Positions 1 to 8,675 are shown, counted from the stretch's first letter. The stretch is 28,329 bases of DNA from Vulcanimicrobiaceae bacterium (GCA_039937995.1 JBDTFK010000215.1:1-28329), one strand, 5' to 3'. Numbers and translations: made by a program. The notes: generated from the letters alone by a model not told the origin.

Positions 1-1
1 A

Positions 2-265
2 CGGCGCGGAGCGCGCGATCACCCGCCCGTTCAATTGGAACGCCGGATGGGACGGCCGGCGCATTTCGAATTCGACGTCGCGATCGCGGTCGACCAAGAT
101 GAGGGAACGCAGGCGGCATCCCGTCTCGGAAATATTGATTAGCGTCCCATACACGGGCGCAGGAAGACCGCTCACGCTAAAGGCGATGGGCAGTTCGATG
201 GACTGGCGGAAGAACTTCCGCTGGTTGCCGTCCCCAAATGGTCGATCGGGACGGTCTGATAACAT
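2..265 (-). CDS. PilZ-domain (c-di-GMP receptor) protein, N-terminal part; continues beyond the left window edge
   Basis: Not in the ORF track; translated by hand from ATG at 265 (alternative ATG at 271): MLSDRPDRPFGDGNQRKFFRQSIELPIAFSVSGLPAPVYGTLINISETGCRLRS... Contains both PilZ motifs, RxxxR (RKFFR) and (D/N)xSxxG (NISETG). AGGA lies 5 nt upstream of the ATG. Confidence 0.8.
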   Translation of the reverse strand, partial: MLSDRPDRPFGDGNQRKFFRQSIELPIAFSVSGLPAPVYGTLINISETGCRLRSLILVDRDRDVEFEMRRPSHPAFQLNGRVIARSAP

Positions 266-282
266 CAGCATCCTACATAAAG

Positions 283-310
283 AAGTCGGCGTCCAAGCGA
301 CCGCTCCTTA
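283..310 (-). promoter_or_regulatory. Possible sigma28 (FliA/SigD)-like promoter for the PilZ gene
   Basis: The minus strand reads TAAG-N16-GCCGACTT, against a consensus of TAAA-N15/16-GCCGAT(A/T)(A/T), just upstream of the RBS. Degenerate match only. Confidence 0.25.
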
Positions 311-385
311 ACGGGGCGCTGACGAGGAACCGGGCCATCGAGGCACTTTTAAGCAAACTTTACAGTAGTGCCCCGCATACTTTCG

Positions 386-1483
386 TTAGAGCGTCGACCA
401 TACGTCAAGTTTACGTTTTACGCCTTCGATGACGGTGTCGGTGAATTCGGTCGTCGTTGCGTGGCCGCCGAGGTCTCCGGTTGCGATGCCTCCATGTACG
501 GCTTCGAGAGCCGATTCGTAAATTGCGCGTGACGCATTGATCGCTCGACGATCGTCAACGTACGACAAAAGTGCGGCCGACGCGAGTATCATTGCGAGCG
601 GATTCGCAACGTTTTTCCCAAAGAGGCGCGGCGCGGTACCGTGCGGCGCCTCGGCCATGACAACCGTCGGTACAAATCCGGCGGCGGTGGGATTCGCCGA
701 CGAGTCGAAGGCTAAGAGCACCGATTCGGCGCCTGCGATCGAACCGAAGAGTTGCATCACGAGGTCGGAGAGGCAATCGCCGTCGCGATTGAGCGACGGG
801 ATTACGAGCGGCAAATCTCCGGCATTGGAGAGCAGGAGCGCATAGGTTGCATCGATGAGTTGCGGTTCGTACTTCACATCCGGGTGACGGTCGGCCGCCG
901 CGTCCATTTCTTCCTTGAGCATTCCCTCGTACACGGGGCTCACCGTATATTTCGGGCCGCCGAAAACCTTGGCGCCCATTTTTTTTGCATGCACGAATGC
1001 GTATTCGGCGACGTATCGGCAGACCGCGCGCGAGATCGTTTCGGTGCGATAGGCGACTTCGTCGATGCCTTCCCCTTCGCGCCACTCCTTTGCTCCGTAC
1101 GCATCGCCGACTGCCATTCGCACGACGGAGATCGGTGCGGAAATGCCCGCGACCGGGCGGACGCGCGGGAGTTTGCGTCCGGTGCGCACGATAACTTTTC
1201 CGCCGATTGCTTTTCGCAGGATTGCGTTGGGTGAACCCACGTCGCCTTTGGTTTCCGGAGTGATCGTTGCGGCTTTTAGGCCGAGCCGGTGCGTTCGCAT
1301 GGCTTCCGCCGCGTCGTGAACGATGCGATTGTTCGTCTCGCGACGCTTTTCGAGCGAGAGATCGAAATGCTCGAACGCAAGCTCGACGTCGATGACGGAC
1401 CGGTCGAGCAGGCGAAGTGATTCCGCGAGCAACTCTTGCCCGGTCTGGTCGCCTTCGAGGACGACGATGGTCGGCGTGGTCAA
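386..1483 (-). CDS. Isocitrate/isopropylmalate (beta-decarboxylating) dehydrogenase family protein, 365 aa
   Basis: Motifs IVVLEGDQTGQE, LKAATITP, SPNAILRK, NRDGDCLSD and AEAPHGTAP...NVANPLAMILAS. Start re-set to TTG at 1483, which has AGGAG 5 nt upstream. Substrate cannot be assigned. Confidence 0.88.
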   Translation of the reverse strand: MTTPTIVVLEGDQTGQELLAESLRLLDRSVIDVELAFEHFDLSLEKRRETNNRIVHDAAEAMRTHRLGLKAATITPETKGDVGSPNAILRKAIGGKVIVRTGRKLPRVRPVAGISAPISVVRMAVGDAYGAKEWREGEGIDEVAYRTETISRAVCRYVAEYAFVHAKKMGAKVFGGPKYTVSPVYEGMLKEEMDAAADRHPDVKYEPQLIDATYALLLSNAGDLPLVIPSLNRDGDCLSDLVMQLFGSIAGAESVLLAFDSSANPTAAGFVPTVVMAEAPHGTAPRLFGKNVANPLAMILASAALLSYVDDRRAINASRAIYESALEAVHGGIATGDLGGHATTTEFTDTVIEGVKRKLDVWSTL

Positions 1484-1519
1484 ATGAACTCCTAATGTAA
1501 CGACGAAACGATACTGGCA

Positions 1520-3736
1520 ATGGCACGCGTACGCCGGAAGGCGAGTGCGAAGAAACTCAATCTCGAGATTCTCGGAATCGCCGCAATCGGATTGGCGGTT
1601 CTCTTTGGCATCGCTCTTGCAATACCGGAGCACGCTGGCAACGCCGGCCGCGTGACGGTCGAAGCGTTGCGCTTCTTGTTTGGAGCAGCCGCACCGCTAT
1701 TCCCTGTCCTCGTCGCGCTCTTCGGCGCAATCATCTTCCTCGAAATAAATGTCCCCCGCATGATCGCGGGTCTCGGGAGTTCGGCCCTCGCGTTTTTCCT
1801 CATCATTGATTGCGCATTCGGCGCGGCGGGTGCGGCGCGGGGCGGATTTGTCGGCGGCACGATTTGGGCGGCTCTGCGAAGTCTCGTGGGCGTACCCGGT
1901 TCGTGGGTGGTTCTCGGCGTGGCCGCGCTGACGCTCGCGCTCTGGCTGAGCAATGCCAGCTTAAAGAAGATCATCGGCTGGATCATTTTGGCTCTCGGCC
2001 GCCTGCGGCCGCCGCAGCTTCCGAAATTGCGCGTATCGATGCCGGCAGGCCATGCCTCGCTTCGCGAGGCCTTCGCGTTGCCGAAAAGCGAAATGCGACC
2101 GCCCCCAGCCGATCGCGTGGCAAAGTCTCCCTTCGACGCGGCGGTGGGGGCCGCGGAGGACGAAGAACCCGAAGTTTTTCGCGCCCCCGTAGCGGTTTCC
2201 AGCGTCTTCGCGCCGTCGGTTCCAACGATCATAACCATCGAGAACGAGCCGCAAGACCTCAAAGACATCCTTGAAGGCGAGGACTCCGGGGAGACGACCG
2301 AGGCGCGCGTGTACCGGCTTCCCGATATTGGCCTGTTCGATCCACCGCAAGCGCAGGTGGTCGATGAAACGAACCGCGCGCACATCCTGGAAGATACGCT
2401 CGCCAGTTTCGCGGTGGGCGCGAAAGTCACGCACATCGAACGCGGCCCTTCGATAACGCGTTACGAGCTCAAACCCGAACGCGGCGTAAAAATTTCAAAG
2501 ATCGCTTCGCTAGCGGACGACCTCGCGCTCGCGCTAGCCGCAACGAACATTCGCATCGAAGCGCCGATCCCCGGAAAATCGGCCGTCGGCATCGAGGTGC
2601 CGAACCAAACGGTCTCGGTCGTTGCGATCCGTGAAATTCTCGAAGCCTTCCCGAATCGCGGCGTCGTGCCGCCGCTGTGGATGGCACTCGGCAAAGACAT
2701 AACGGGGCGCCCCGTGTTCGGAGACCTCGGAAAGATGCCGCATTTGCTCGTGGCCGGCGCCACCGGTGCGGGCAAGTCCGTCTGCTTGAACACAATCATT
2801 GCATCGTTGCTCGTCTCGGCAACGCCGGACCAGGTGCAACTGCTCATGATCGACCCCAAGCGGGTGGAACTTACCGTGTACAACGGAATCCCGCATCTCA
2901 TCAAAGACGTGATCACCGACGCGCGTCTCGCCGCCGGCGCGCTTTTCGAGATGACGAAAGAGATGGATTCGCGCTACGAGCGGTTTGCGAAAGCCGGAGT
3001 TCGCAAAATCGAAGAATACAACTTAAAGTATCCGCAGGAGAACCTCCCTTACGTCGTTATCATCATCGACGAGCTGGCGGATCTCATGCTGGTGGCTCCG
3101 GCAAAAGTTGAAACGACGATCATGCGGATTGCGCAACTCGCTCGCGCGACCGGAATTCATTTGGTCGTCGCGACGCAACGACCGTCCGTTGACGTCATCA
3201 CCGGATTGATCAAGGCAAACATTCCTTCGCGGATCGCCTTCGCCGTAAGCTCGCAGGTGGATTCGCGCACGATTCTCGACATGGCCGGCGCGGAACGTCT
3301 GCTGGGGCGCGGGGATATGCTCTATCTGCCGATCGACGCACCCAAGCCGGTGCGCGCGCAAGGCGCCCTCATCACCGGGGCCGAGGTTAACCGTTTAGTC
3401 GAGTTTTGGGCCAGGCAGTCGCGGCCCGAGAACCTGCTGGATGTCGAAGTGACGCCGCTCTCCGACGACGATGAACGAAATAAAAACATCGACCCGCTTT
3501 GCTATGAAGCTGCGAAGTTCATCATCGAAACGAATTTCGCATCGACGGCGCAATTGCAATCACGATTCTCCGTTGGTCACCCCCGCGCGGTTCGCTTGAT
3601 GAAACAATTGGAAGAGTTCAAAGTCGTCGGCCCGCACGAAGGCACGAAGCCCCGCAAGCTCCTAATCGGTTTAGCTGAACTCGAAATCATCGCGCCGCGG
3701 TTGGGATTAGTTCCCCCCCAACAAGAACTCTTCTAA
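1520..3736 (+). CDS. ftsK: DNA translocase FtsK/SpoIIIE
   Basis: N-terminal TM helices, Pro-rich linker, Walker A GATGAGKS, MIDPKRVEL, IIIDELADLM, LARATGIHLVVATQRPS and a C-terminal gamma winged-helix domain. Confidence 0.96.
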   Translation: MARVRRKASAKKLNLEILGIAAIGLAVLFGIALAIPEHAGNAGRVTVEALRFLFGAAAPLFPVLVALFGAIIFLEINVPRMIAGLGSSALAFFLIIDCAFGAAGAARGGFVGGTIWAALRSLVGVPGSWVVLGVAALTLALWLSNASLKKIIGWIILALGRLRPPQLPKLRVSMPAGHASLREAFALPKSEMRPPPADRVAKSPFDAAVGAAEDEEPEVFRAPVAVSSVFAPSVPTIITIENEPQDLKDILEGEDSGETTEARVYRLPDIGLFDPPQAQVVDETNRAHILEDTLASFAVGAKVTHIERGPSITRYELKPERGVKISKIASLADDLALALAATNIRIEAPIPGKSAVGIEVPNQTVSVVAIREILEAFPNRGVVPPLWMALGKDITGRPVFGDLGKMPHLLVAGATGAGKSVCLNTIIASLLVSATPDQVQLLMIDPKRVELTVYNGIPHLIKDVITDARLAAGALFEMTKEMDSRYERFAKAGVRKIEEYNLKYPQENLPYVVIIIDELADLMLVAPAKVETTIMRIAQLARATGIHLVVATQRPSVDVITGLIKANIPSRIAFAVSSQVDSRTILDMAGAERLLGRGDMLYLPIDAPKPVRAQGALITGAEVNRLVEFWARQSRPENLLDVEVTPLSDDDERNKNIDPLCYEAAKFIIETNFASTAQLQSRFSVGHPRAVRLMKQLEEFKVVGPHEGTKPRKLLIGLAELEIIAPRLGLVPPQQELF

Positions 3737-3800
3737 CGTTTGGGGCACACTAAGGGGGCAAAGAGCCACTTTGTATGAGGTGATTGAAAGGAGCGTGGGA

Positions 3801-4421
3801 ATGCGACGCTTGGGGTTTGGGGTTGCGGGCTGCATTTTTTTTGGGGTGTTTTTTTTACTTGGATCGGTGGTGGGGGTGAATCCTGATCCGGGATGGTTGC
3901 TTACGCGTGAGGCGTCGTGGGTGAACCATTCGACGCTCGTCGCTTGGTGGTTTACGTTCTTGGGGTATGCTTACGCGCTCGGGCCGATGTGCGTCGTGCT
4001 GCTCGTTCTCGCGTGGCGTTTCCCTCAGTGGCGGTGGCGAATACTCTTTAGCGTCGTCATGCTCGTTGCGAGTTGGCAAAGCGCCGATTTCTTCCAGCAT
4101 TTTTTCGCGCGTCCGCGGCGGCTCGACTGGGTCGTGCGTCATGAGACGGCGTACGGCTTTCCGAGTTCGCATGCGGCCATCGCAACAGGGTTTTACCTGC
4201 TCTGGTCGGTCTTTTTGTGGAGAAGCGCCCTGCGGGGCCGCGCCGGCTGGGCGGTGCTCGTATCCGCCCTGGCAGTCGGGATCATGTGGTCCCGCTTGGC
4301 CTTGGGCGCGCACTACCTCACGGACGTGCTCGCAGGGGCGATCTTGGCAGCGGCGATCGTCGCGCTCGGAGCGGCGCTCGTCCCGATAAACGTCTTCGCC
4401 CGGACTGCGGGGCGCCCGTAG
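3801..4421 (+). CDS. PAP2-family membrane phosphatase, 206 aa
   Basis: PAP2 motifs RPRR, FPSSHA and SRLALGAHYLTDV with hydrophobic helices. AAGGAG precedes ATG at 3801 (the ORF track starts at 3771). Confidence 0.88.
   Translation: MRRLGFGVAGCIFFGVFFLLGSVVGVNPDPGWLLTREASWVNHSTLVAWWFTFLGYAYALGPMCVVLLVLAWRFPQWRWRILFSVVMLVASWQSADFFQHFFARPRRLDWVVRHETAYGFPSSHAAIATGFYLLWSVFLWRSALRGRAGWAVLVSALAVGIMWSRLALGAHYLTDVLAGAILAAAIVALGAALVPINVFARTAGRP
3812..3876 (+). repeat. Low-complexity G/T homopolymer cluster (G4, G4, G3, T8, G4, T8, G5)
   Basis: T8 at 3835-3842 and 3849-3856; G runs at 3812-3815, 3819-3822, 3827-3829, 3843-3846 and 3872-3876. Confidence 0.85.
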
Positions 4422-4433
4422 AGTTGGAGTCGA

Positions 4434-5585
4434 ATGTTACGAGCAATGGATTCCGCACTTATCGACATCGAGCAGAAGGTTGCGTCGGGGATACCCCTCT
4501 CGCGGCAAGACGGGCTGTACCTCTACCGCACGACCGACCTTCACAATTTGGGCCGGATTGCGCGCGCTCAAAAAGAACGCAAGAGCGGCAAGAAAGTTTT
4601 CTACGTTCTCAATCGCTACATCAACTCAACCAACGTGTGCTACGCGAACTGCAAGTTCTGTTCGTTCGCGGCCGATGAGTTCAAGGAGTCCGAGCGCGTC
4701 TTCCGGATGACGGCCGAGCAGGTCTTCGTTAAAGCGACGGAAACCGGCTCGAATTTCAATCAAATCCACATCGTCGGCGGGCACGACCCGCGTCAACTCT
4801 CCCTCGATTACTGGCTGCCGCTGATGCGCCGCTTCAAGGAAGCGCTACCACACGTGCAACTCTCGCTCTTTACCGCGGCCGAGATCGAGTACATGGCGAA
4901 TCGGCACCGCATGAACTTCCCGGAGATCGTGAAAGCGCTCAAGGACGCCGGCCTCGATAACGTCAACGGCGGCGCCGCGGAGATCTTCGCCGAAGAAACG
5001 CGCGCGAAGATTTGCGCGAACAAGGTTTCGAGCGAAAACTGGCTCGCGATTCACGAAGAACTTCATCGCCAGGGCGTCGCGAGCAACGCAACCATGCTCT
5101 ACGGCCATATCGAATCGCTTGAAGACCGGGTCGATCACCTTATCCGCCTTCGCGAATCGCAGCGGCGTTCGCCCGGATTCAACGCCTTTATTCCGCTCGC
5201 GTACCATCCCGACGGTAACGAGCTTTCGGATTGCGGGTGGACGACGGGATTGGACGATCTGCGCACGTTCGCGGTCGCGCGGCTGATGCTCGAGAACTTC
5301 GATCATATCAAGGCATATTGGATGATTCAAGGATTGAAGATTTGTCAGGTTGCGTTGCAATTCGGCGCCGACGACATGGACGGGACGCACGGTTCGACCG
5401 ACGAGGAAATGATCTATCACTCTGCCGGCACGCACTCGGGGCAGTACGTCGACGACCGCCAATTTCGCGCCCTCATCGAAGACGCTGGTTATATTGCGGT
5501 GCGTCGTAACTCGACGTACGAAGAGTTCCCGTTCGACTGGTCGCCGCCGTCGCCGAGGGCGGACGAAACGTTGGTACCGGCGTGA
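4434..5585 (+). CDS. mqnE: Aminofutalosine synthase (radical SAM)
   Basis: CxxxCxxC motif (CYANCKFC), IHIVGG, FNAFIPLAYHP, FDHIKAYW and FGADDMDGT...EEMIYHSAG; adjacent to mqnA and mqnC. Alternative start ATG at 4446. Confidence 0.88.
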   Translation: MLRAMDSALIDIEQKVASGIPLSRQDGLYLYRTTDLHNLGRIARAQKERKSGKKVFYVLNRYINSTNVCYANCKFCSFAADEFKESERVFRMTAEQVFVKATETGSNFNQIHIVGGHDPRQLSLDYWLPLMRRFKEALPHVQLSLFTAAEIEYMANRHRMNFPEIVKALKDAGLDNVNGGAAEIFAEETRAKICANKVSSENWLAIHEELHRQGVASNATMLYGHIESLEDRVDHLIRLRESQRRSPGFNAFIPLAYHPDGNELSDCGWTTGLDDLRTFAVARLMLENFDHIKAYWMIQGLKICQVALQFGADDMDGTHGSTDEEMIYHSAGTHSGQYVDDRQFRALIEDAGYIAVRRNSTYEEFPFDWSPPSPRADETLVPA

Positions 5586-6421
5586 GCCTCTTACGTTGCG
5601 GGCGCATCAAATACACGAATGACCTGCCTATCTATGCGGCATTCGATACCGGTGCGATCGTATATCCCGGGTCCTTGCACGCCGACGTTCCGTCCCGGCT
5701 CAACGCAAGGCTCTTGAGCGGAGAGCTTGACTTGAGTCCGATCAGCGCGTTCACCTGGGCCAAACACTCAGGCGAACTCGCGTTGCTGCCGGACCTCTGC
5801 ATCGGCGCCCGCGAAGAAGTCGTATCCGTCGTGCTGGTCTCGGAAACGGCCCCCGCGCTGCTCGGCGGAACCGAAATCGTGGTAACGAGCGAATCCGCTA
5901 CCGGGCGAAACTTGCTACGCGTGTTACTGGAGCGCCGCTACGGTGTCGTGCCGAAGTACGTTGAAGACGCCGATCCGCTAGCGAGAGCGCGCGAAGGGAA
6001 GGCGTCGTTGCTGATCGGCGACTCCGCGATTGACGCACTGGAGCGCTTTCCGCGCAAAAACGTGTACGATCTTGGGCGTCTGTGGCACGAATGGACCGGG
6101 CAACAGACCGTCTTTGCCGTGTGGGCCGCCCGCCGTGATGCGTACGCTGCGGATCCGGAAGGCGTGAGCGCTTGCATGCATGCGCTCACGGACGCGTACA
6201 CCTGGTCGCGCGCGCACATGGATCGGGTCATCGGGCTCGCTCAAGCGCAGGTGGAACGGGCTCCCGGCTTTTACGCTTCGTACTACGGCAAGCTTAATTT
6301 TACGTTTCACTCCGCAGCGCAGAGCGGTCTTGCCGCGTTTTGCGCCGAGTTATGCGCGATCGGCGCGATTGCGTCTGCGCCGTCAACGCAACCGGAGGTC
6401 GTCGGTGTCATCTCTCGCTAA
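5582..6421 (+). CDS. mqnA: Chorismate dehydratase (futalosine pathway)
   Basis: GRIKYTNDLP, VPSRLN...GELDLSPIS, SATGRNLLRVLL, LLIGDSA and YDLGRLWHEWTG...VFAVWAAR. GTG start overlaps the mqnE stop. Confidence 0.9.
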   Translation: MSLLRCGRIKYTNDLPIYAAFDTGAIVYPGSLHADVPSRLNARLLSGELDLSPISAFTWAKHSGELALLPDLCIGAREEVVSVVLVSETAPALLGGTEIVVTSESATGRNLLRVLLERRYGVVPKYVEDADPLARAREGKASLLIGDSAIDALERFPRKNVYDLGRLWHEWTGQQTVFAVWAARRDAYAADPEGVSACMHALTDAYTWSRAHMDRVIGLAQAQVERAPGFYASYYGKLNFTFHSAAQSGLAAFCAELCAIGAIASAPSTQPEVVGVISR

Positions 6422-7493
6422 CCTTATCGACAAGGCGGCCGCCGGCGGCCGCCTTTCGTTTGACGAAGGCGTGCAAATCTACCGCGAGGGTGATTTGCAC
6501 GCGCTCGGAATCGCGGCGCACTCGCGGCGCATGCAACTCCATCCCACGAACGTAGTCACGTACGTGATCGATACGACGATCAACTATACGAACGTGTGCA
6601 ACGTCCATTGCACGTTTTGCGCGTTCTTCCGTCCCGAGCATCACAAAGACGGATACACGATGTCTCACGATCGAGTGCTCGATCGCGTAAAATTCGCCGC
6701 CGATCAGGGTGCGACCCAGATCATGATTCAGGGCGGGGTCAACCCCGAACTTGGCCTATCGTGGTTTGAAACGCTGTTCGATAGAGTCCGGGCGCAATAC
6801 CCGAACGTCGACATCCATTCGCTTTCCGTGTCCGAAGTGATCGGTATCGCAAACATCGAAAATCTTTCCGTTCGCGACGTGCTGCGGCGCTTGAAAGATT
6901 CGGGTATGAAATCTCTTCCGGGCGCGGGCGCCGAGATTCTCGTCGAACGGGTGCGCAAGCGCATTTCGGCTCGCAAGGTGAAACCCGATGAGTGGCTTGG
7001 CGTTATGCGCGAAGCCCAATTGCTGGGAATGCCGACGACGGCGACGATGATGTTCGGCTCGATCGAAACTGACGACGAGCGCATCGAGCACATGCACGTG
7101 TTGCGCGAACTTCAAGACGAAACGGGCGGATTCACCGCGTTCATTCCGTGGTACTACGTTCCGTACAAAACGCCGCTGCGCGGCACGGAAGCTACCGGAC
7201 TCGAATATCTGCGCGTGCTTGCCGTTTCGCGTCTGTATTTGGACAACTTCCCGCATCTACAAGCGTCGTGGCTAACGCCCGGCCTCAAGCTCGGGCAGTT
7301 GGCACTGTTTTACGGATGCGACGATATGGGCGGCACAATCCTTGAAGAGCAGGTCGTTCACGACGCCGGTTCAACGAACGAAGCGACGCGGCGCGACTTA
7401 GAAAATAACATTATCGGCGCCGGTTTCACGCCCGTCATTCGCGATACGTATTGGAACGTTCGCGAAGATATCGGACTAGCGACGGCCGTTTAA
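6405..7493 (+). CDS. mqnC: Cyclic dehypoxanthinylfutalosine synthase (radical SAM), 362 aa
   Basis: VTYVIDTTINYTNVCNVHCTFC, IMIQGG, LPGAGAEIL, FTAFIPW and QASW...DDMGGTILEEQVV. Start re-set to GTG at 6405, with GGAGG at 6394-6398. Confidence 0.9.
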   Translation: MSSLANLIDKAAAGGRLSFDEGVQIYREGDLHALGIAAHSRRMQLHPTNVVTYVIDTTINYTNVCNVHCTFCAFFRPEHHKDGYTMSHDRVLDRVKFAADQGATQIMIQGGVNPELGLSWFETLFDRVRAQYPNVDIHSLSVSEVIGIANIENLSVRDVLRRLKDSGMKSLPGAGAEILVERVRKRISARKVKPDEWLGVMREAQLLGMPTTATMMFGSIETDDERIEHMHVLRELQDETGGFTAFIPWYYVPYKTPLRGTEATGLEYLRVLAVSRLYLDNFPHLQASWLTPGLKLGQLALFYGCDDMGGTILEEQVVHDAGSTNEATRRDLENNIIGAGFTPVIRDTYWNVREDIGLATAV

Positions 7494-7526
7494 GGAAATC
7501 CCGGCCGTTGGTGCGACGAGGGCCGT

Positions 7527-7550
7527 GAACTGTGTCGGCGTTCGCAGTTC
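7527..7550. terminator. Possible hairpin between convergent mqnC and mnmA
   Basis: GAACTG (7527-7532) and CAGTTC (7545-7550) form an inverted repeat. There is no clear U-tract, so support is weak. Confidence 0.2.
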
Positions 7551-8625
7551 AGGCCGCGGCGCGAATCGTCGCTGCGCCGAGTACTTCCTCGCCCAACGGG
7601 TCGAAGATTGCGACCAGCTGCCCCGGCGTTACGGCGCGCAAGGGCTCGGAGAAGTGCAGTTCAAGCGTACCCTCGCCGAGCGTTGCTTGAGCCGGCACCG
7701 GGGTCGCACGGTAACGGACCATCGCAAGAACGGTTGTGCGTTCGCCTGCGAAGCGTTCGGGCCGAATGATATTCACTTCGTCCGCGACGAGCGATCGGGA
7801 AAACAATTCGTCCTCGCGGCCGATTACGACCGTGTTCGTCGCAGGATCGATGCGAGTAACGTAGCGCGGTCCGTCGTTGCTCGCGGGCAACTTCGCACGC
7901 TGGCCGACGGTGTAGTGCGCGATACCGGCGTGCGACCCGACGGTCGCGCCGTCCCGCGTGGTAATAGCGCCGCCGCGATTGATTTCGGGTTGTACGCGCG
8001 CTAACACGTCGCGGTAGTCTCCGCCCTCCACGAAACAGATATCCTGCGATTCGGTTTTTTGATGCACCGGCAGCCCCATGCGGCGCGCGTGCTCGCGCGT
8101 GGCCGCCTTGTCGAGTTCGCCGAGCGGGAGCAGCAGCGTTGCGAGTTGTTCGCGGGTCAATTGTGCGAGAGCGTAGGCCTGGTCTTTTGCGTTGCGCGTG
8201 CGATAGAGGTGCGGGCCGTCGTTCCGGTGTTCGACCCGTGCGTAATGTCCCGTAGCCACGTACCGCGCGCCCAACCGTTCCGCGTACTGCGAGAGCGTGC
8301 CCAGCTTCACGTAGTTGTTGCACGAAACGCAGGGATTTGGAGTGCGCCCGTTCGCGTAGTCCGAGGCGAAGCGATCGATCACGTTCTTGCGGAACGATTC
8401 CTCGAAGTTCAAGACGTAGTGCGGAATGCCGAGAATTGCAGCCGTGCGCCGCGCATCGTCAAAATCGTCGATGCCGCAGCAGCTTTTCGCGTGCGCCGGC
8501 CGCGTGGGCGCGTACATCTTCATCGTGACGCCTACGACGTCGTAGCCGGCTTCTACGAGAAGTCCCGCCGCGACCGCCGAGTCGACTCCGCCGCTCATTG
8601 CGGCGATTACTCGAGGTTTGACCAT
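7549..8625 (-). CDS. mnmA: tRNA-specific 2-thiouridylase, 358 aa
   Basis: PP-loop [43 protein letters not shown] and AVTPGQ. Start re-set to ATG at 8625. Confidence 0.95.
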   Translation of the reverse strand: MVKPRVIAAMSGGVDSAVAAGLLVEAGYDVVGVTMKMYAPTRPAHAKSCCGIDDFDDARRTAAILGIPHYVLNFEESFRKNVIDRFASDYANGRTPNPCVSCNNYVKLGTLSQYAERLGARYVATGHYARVEHRNDGPHLYRTRNAKDQAYALAQLTREQLATLLLPLGELDKAATREHARRMGLPVHQKTESQDICFVEGGDYRDVLARVQPEINRGGAITTRDGATVGSHAGIAHYTVGQRAKLPASNDGPRYVTRIDPATNTVVIGREDELFSRSLVADEVNIIRPERFAGERTTVLAMVRYRATPVPAQATLGEGTLELHFSEPLRAVTPGQLVAIFDPLGEEVLGAATIRAAA

Positions 8626-8639
8626 GGTTGACAACCCAC

Positions 8640-8668
8640 AGGATAACAGGAGTAAGGGCCTAACACAA
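8640..8668 (-). promoter_or_regulatory. Candidate sigma70-type promoter for mnmA
   Basis: The minus strand reads TTGTGT-N17-TATCCT with TG in the extended -10 position. A TTGACA at 8628-8633 on the plus strand lacks a convincing -10. Confidence 0.3.
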
Positions 8669-8675
8669 ATCCCCA

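Noticed and set aside
99-432. Plus-strand ORFs 99..311 and 238..432
   Set aside because: They are antisense shadows; the minus-strand frame carries clear PilZ motifs.
1484-1633. ORF-track N-terminal extension of the dehydrogenase
   Set aside because: It overlaps the ftsK start on the opposite strand, while TTG at 1483 has a good AGGAG RBS and begins the family domain.
6180-6404. ORF-track N-terminal extension of mqnC
   Set aside because: It lies within mqnA in another frame, is Arg-rich noise, and GTG at 6405 has GGAGG upstream.
8628-8656. TTGACA as the -35 element of a rodZ promoter
   Set aside because: There is no acceptable -10 hexamer at 16-18 nt spacing (AGTAAG at 17 nt), so it is not supportable.
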